Assembly (NCBI RefSeq): GCF_001194135.2
Contig: NC_068981.1
Location: 95,105,048 to 95,169,047, forward strand
Direction of reading: 5' to 3'
Origin: Octopus bimaculoides
Lineage: Eukaryota
DNA length: 64,000 nt
Shown here: piece by piece, positions 63,031-64,000 of the stretch
Numbering within the stretch: position 1 is the stretch's first letter
How the letters are laid out: each line of letters starts with the position of its first letter
Notes under the pieces: model-generated
Databases searched by the model: none
Seen by the model: only the letters and a program-made list of their open reading frames with translations
What the model was told of the DNA's origin: nothing
Translations under genes and position numbers: made by a program

Positions 63031-63694
63031 ATGAGGAGTCTGAATTGCAGGAAATTGAGAGAATATAACAATAATATCTTGTCTTCCGAACTTTTCAATG
63101 ATTTCAGGCATCAGTTTACTGCTTACTAACCGACTGATCAGACCAAGTCTATCTTTATTTTCATTCCTTTGGCTTAAAACGATGTCTTTTTTAGGGTGAT
63201 GTACTGTTTTAATCCTATTATCCCATTCATATCTAGGATGTATTATATGAATCAACATCAAGACTTGACTGGTACTTGACTTCGAAGGAATTAAAAAGAA
63301 ACGTATACTCGGTGGGATTTGAACTTGAGAACTTAAGAACCAACGATTTAACGATTTTGTCAATCCACCGTCTGAAGTCTTCGGTATTCTGTATGTATTT
63401 ATTTTATGAATATAGGAACATGACGAAGGAGTATGGACACTGGGAAAAATCCTACATAAAATAACTGTTTTTTCTTTTGGGATTTTAAATATAAACATAA
63501 AAGAGTTATTTAAATATTAATTTTATCTTACACAAATTTAGATACTGTAAGCTTTACAATCGTATTAAAATATATGAGTATTCGCAAAAATTACCTTAAT
63601 TTTCTCATTAATGACTGAAAGAGCTATGCAGCTATAGGATTGGTCCGTTCTTTTGAAGCTAAATAAATTATGCCTATAGTTATATGAAATTCTT

Positions 63695-63812
63695 TTCTAC
63701 TCTAGGTATAAGGCCCGAAATTTTGGGGGAAGGGGGCCAGTTGATTAGATGGACCTCAGTACGCAACTGGTACTTAATTTATCGCTTGCAAAAGGATGAA
63801 GGGCAAAGTCCT
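63695..63812 (-). mobile_element. SINE family B 3' half
   Basis: Reverse complement of gcccttcatcctt..gataaattaagtaccagttgcgtact. Confidence 0.8.
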
Positions 63813-64000
63813 CTTAACCCTTGACGTCAGGACGAAGTAGTCCTCCAGGTGGGGCCACGGGTTCTGAGACTCCTGGCTCTCAACCTGAGCGACCTCTGTC
63901 TTACCCACAGCCGTTGCAGAATTCTCAACAGGCCCTTCTTCTTCAAGCCGAATAAAAACGTTTTCACCTTCGATAACGATAAGCGATAACGGATCTTTCT
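63813..64000 (-). mobile_element. Possible hAT/BED-type transposase N-terminal fragment
   Basis: Open frame KDPLSLIVIEGE...ESQNPWPHLEDYFVL; PWPxLxxYF often precedes BED fingers in hAT transposases (recalled); truncated by a SINE and by the window edge. Confidence 0.35.

Overview
AT-rich eukaryotic DNA with dense microsatellites and nine N-gaps. The repeat families look like those of Octopus (coleoid cephalopod), which is an inference from recalled repeat motifs and not a database result. I cannot identify an intact protein-coding gene. Every recognisable ORF is a decayed transposon: four mariners, one maT/DD37D, one Tigger, a Ty3/Gypsy provirus with gag-PR-RT-RH-IN, solo LTRs, RTE, R4/Dong-like, CRE-like and Penelope fragments, plus MITEs and three tRNA-derived SINE families. 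The window has two compositional domains. Positions 1 to about 23.5 kb are strongly CpG-depleted, and repeats there show CpG decay. This is consistent with a methylated gene body, probably of a minus-strand gene with a promoter near 24.6 kb, although the exon candidates are weak. The rest of the window retains CpG. The most striking unexplained structure is a SINE family that repeatedly sits immediately 5' of older copies of itself with a duplicated linker. It forms an 8-unit head-to-tail stack with a divergence gradient at 55.2-57.05 kb, and two independent 2-unit stacks elsewhere. Other items worth checking are a decayed hammerhead ribozyme, a palindromic telomere-repeat cassette and several long fold-backs.
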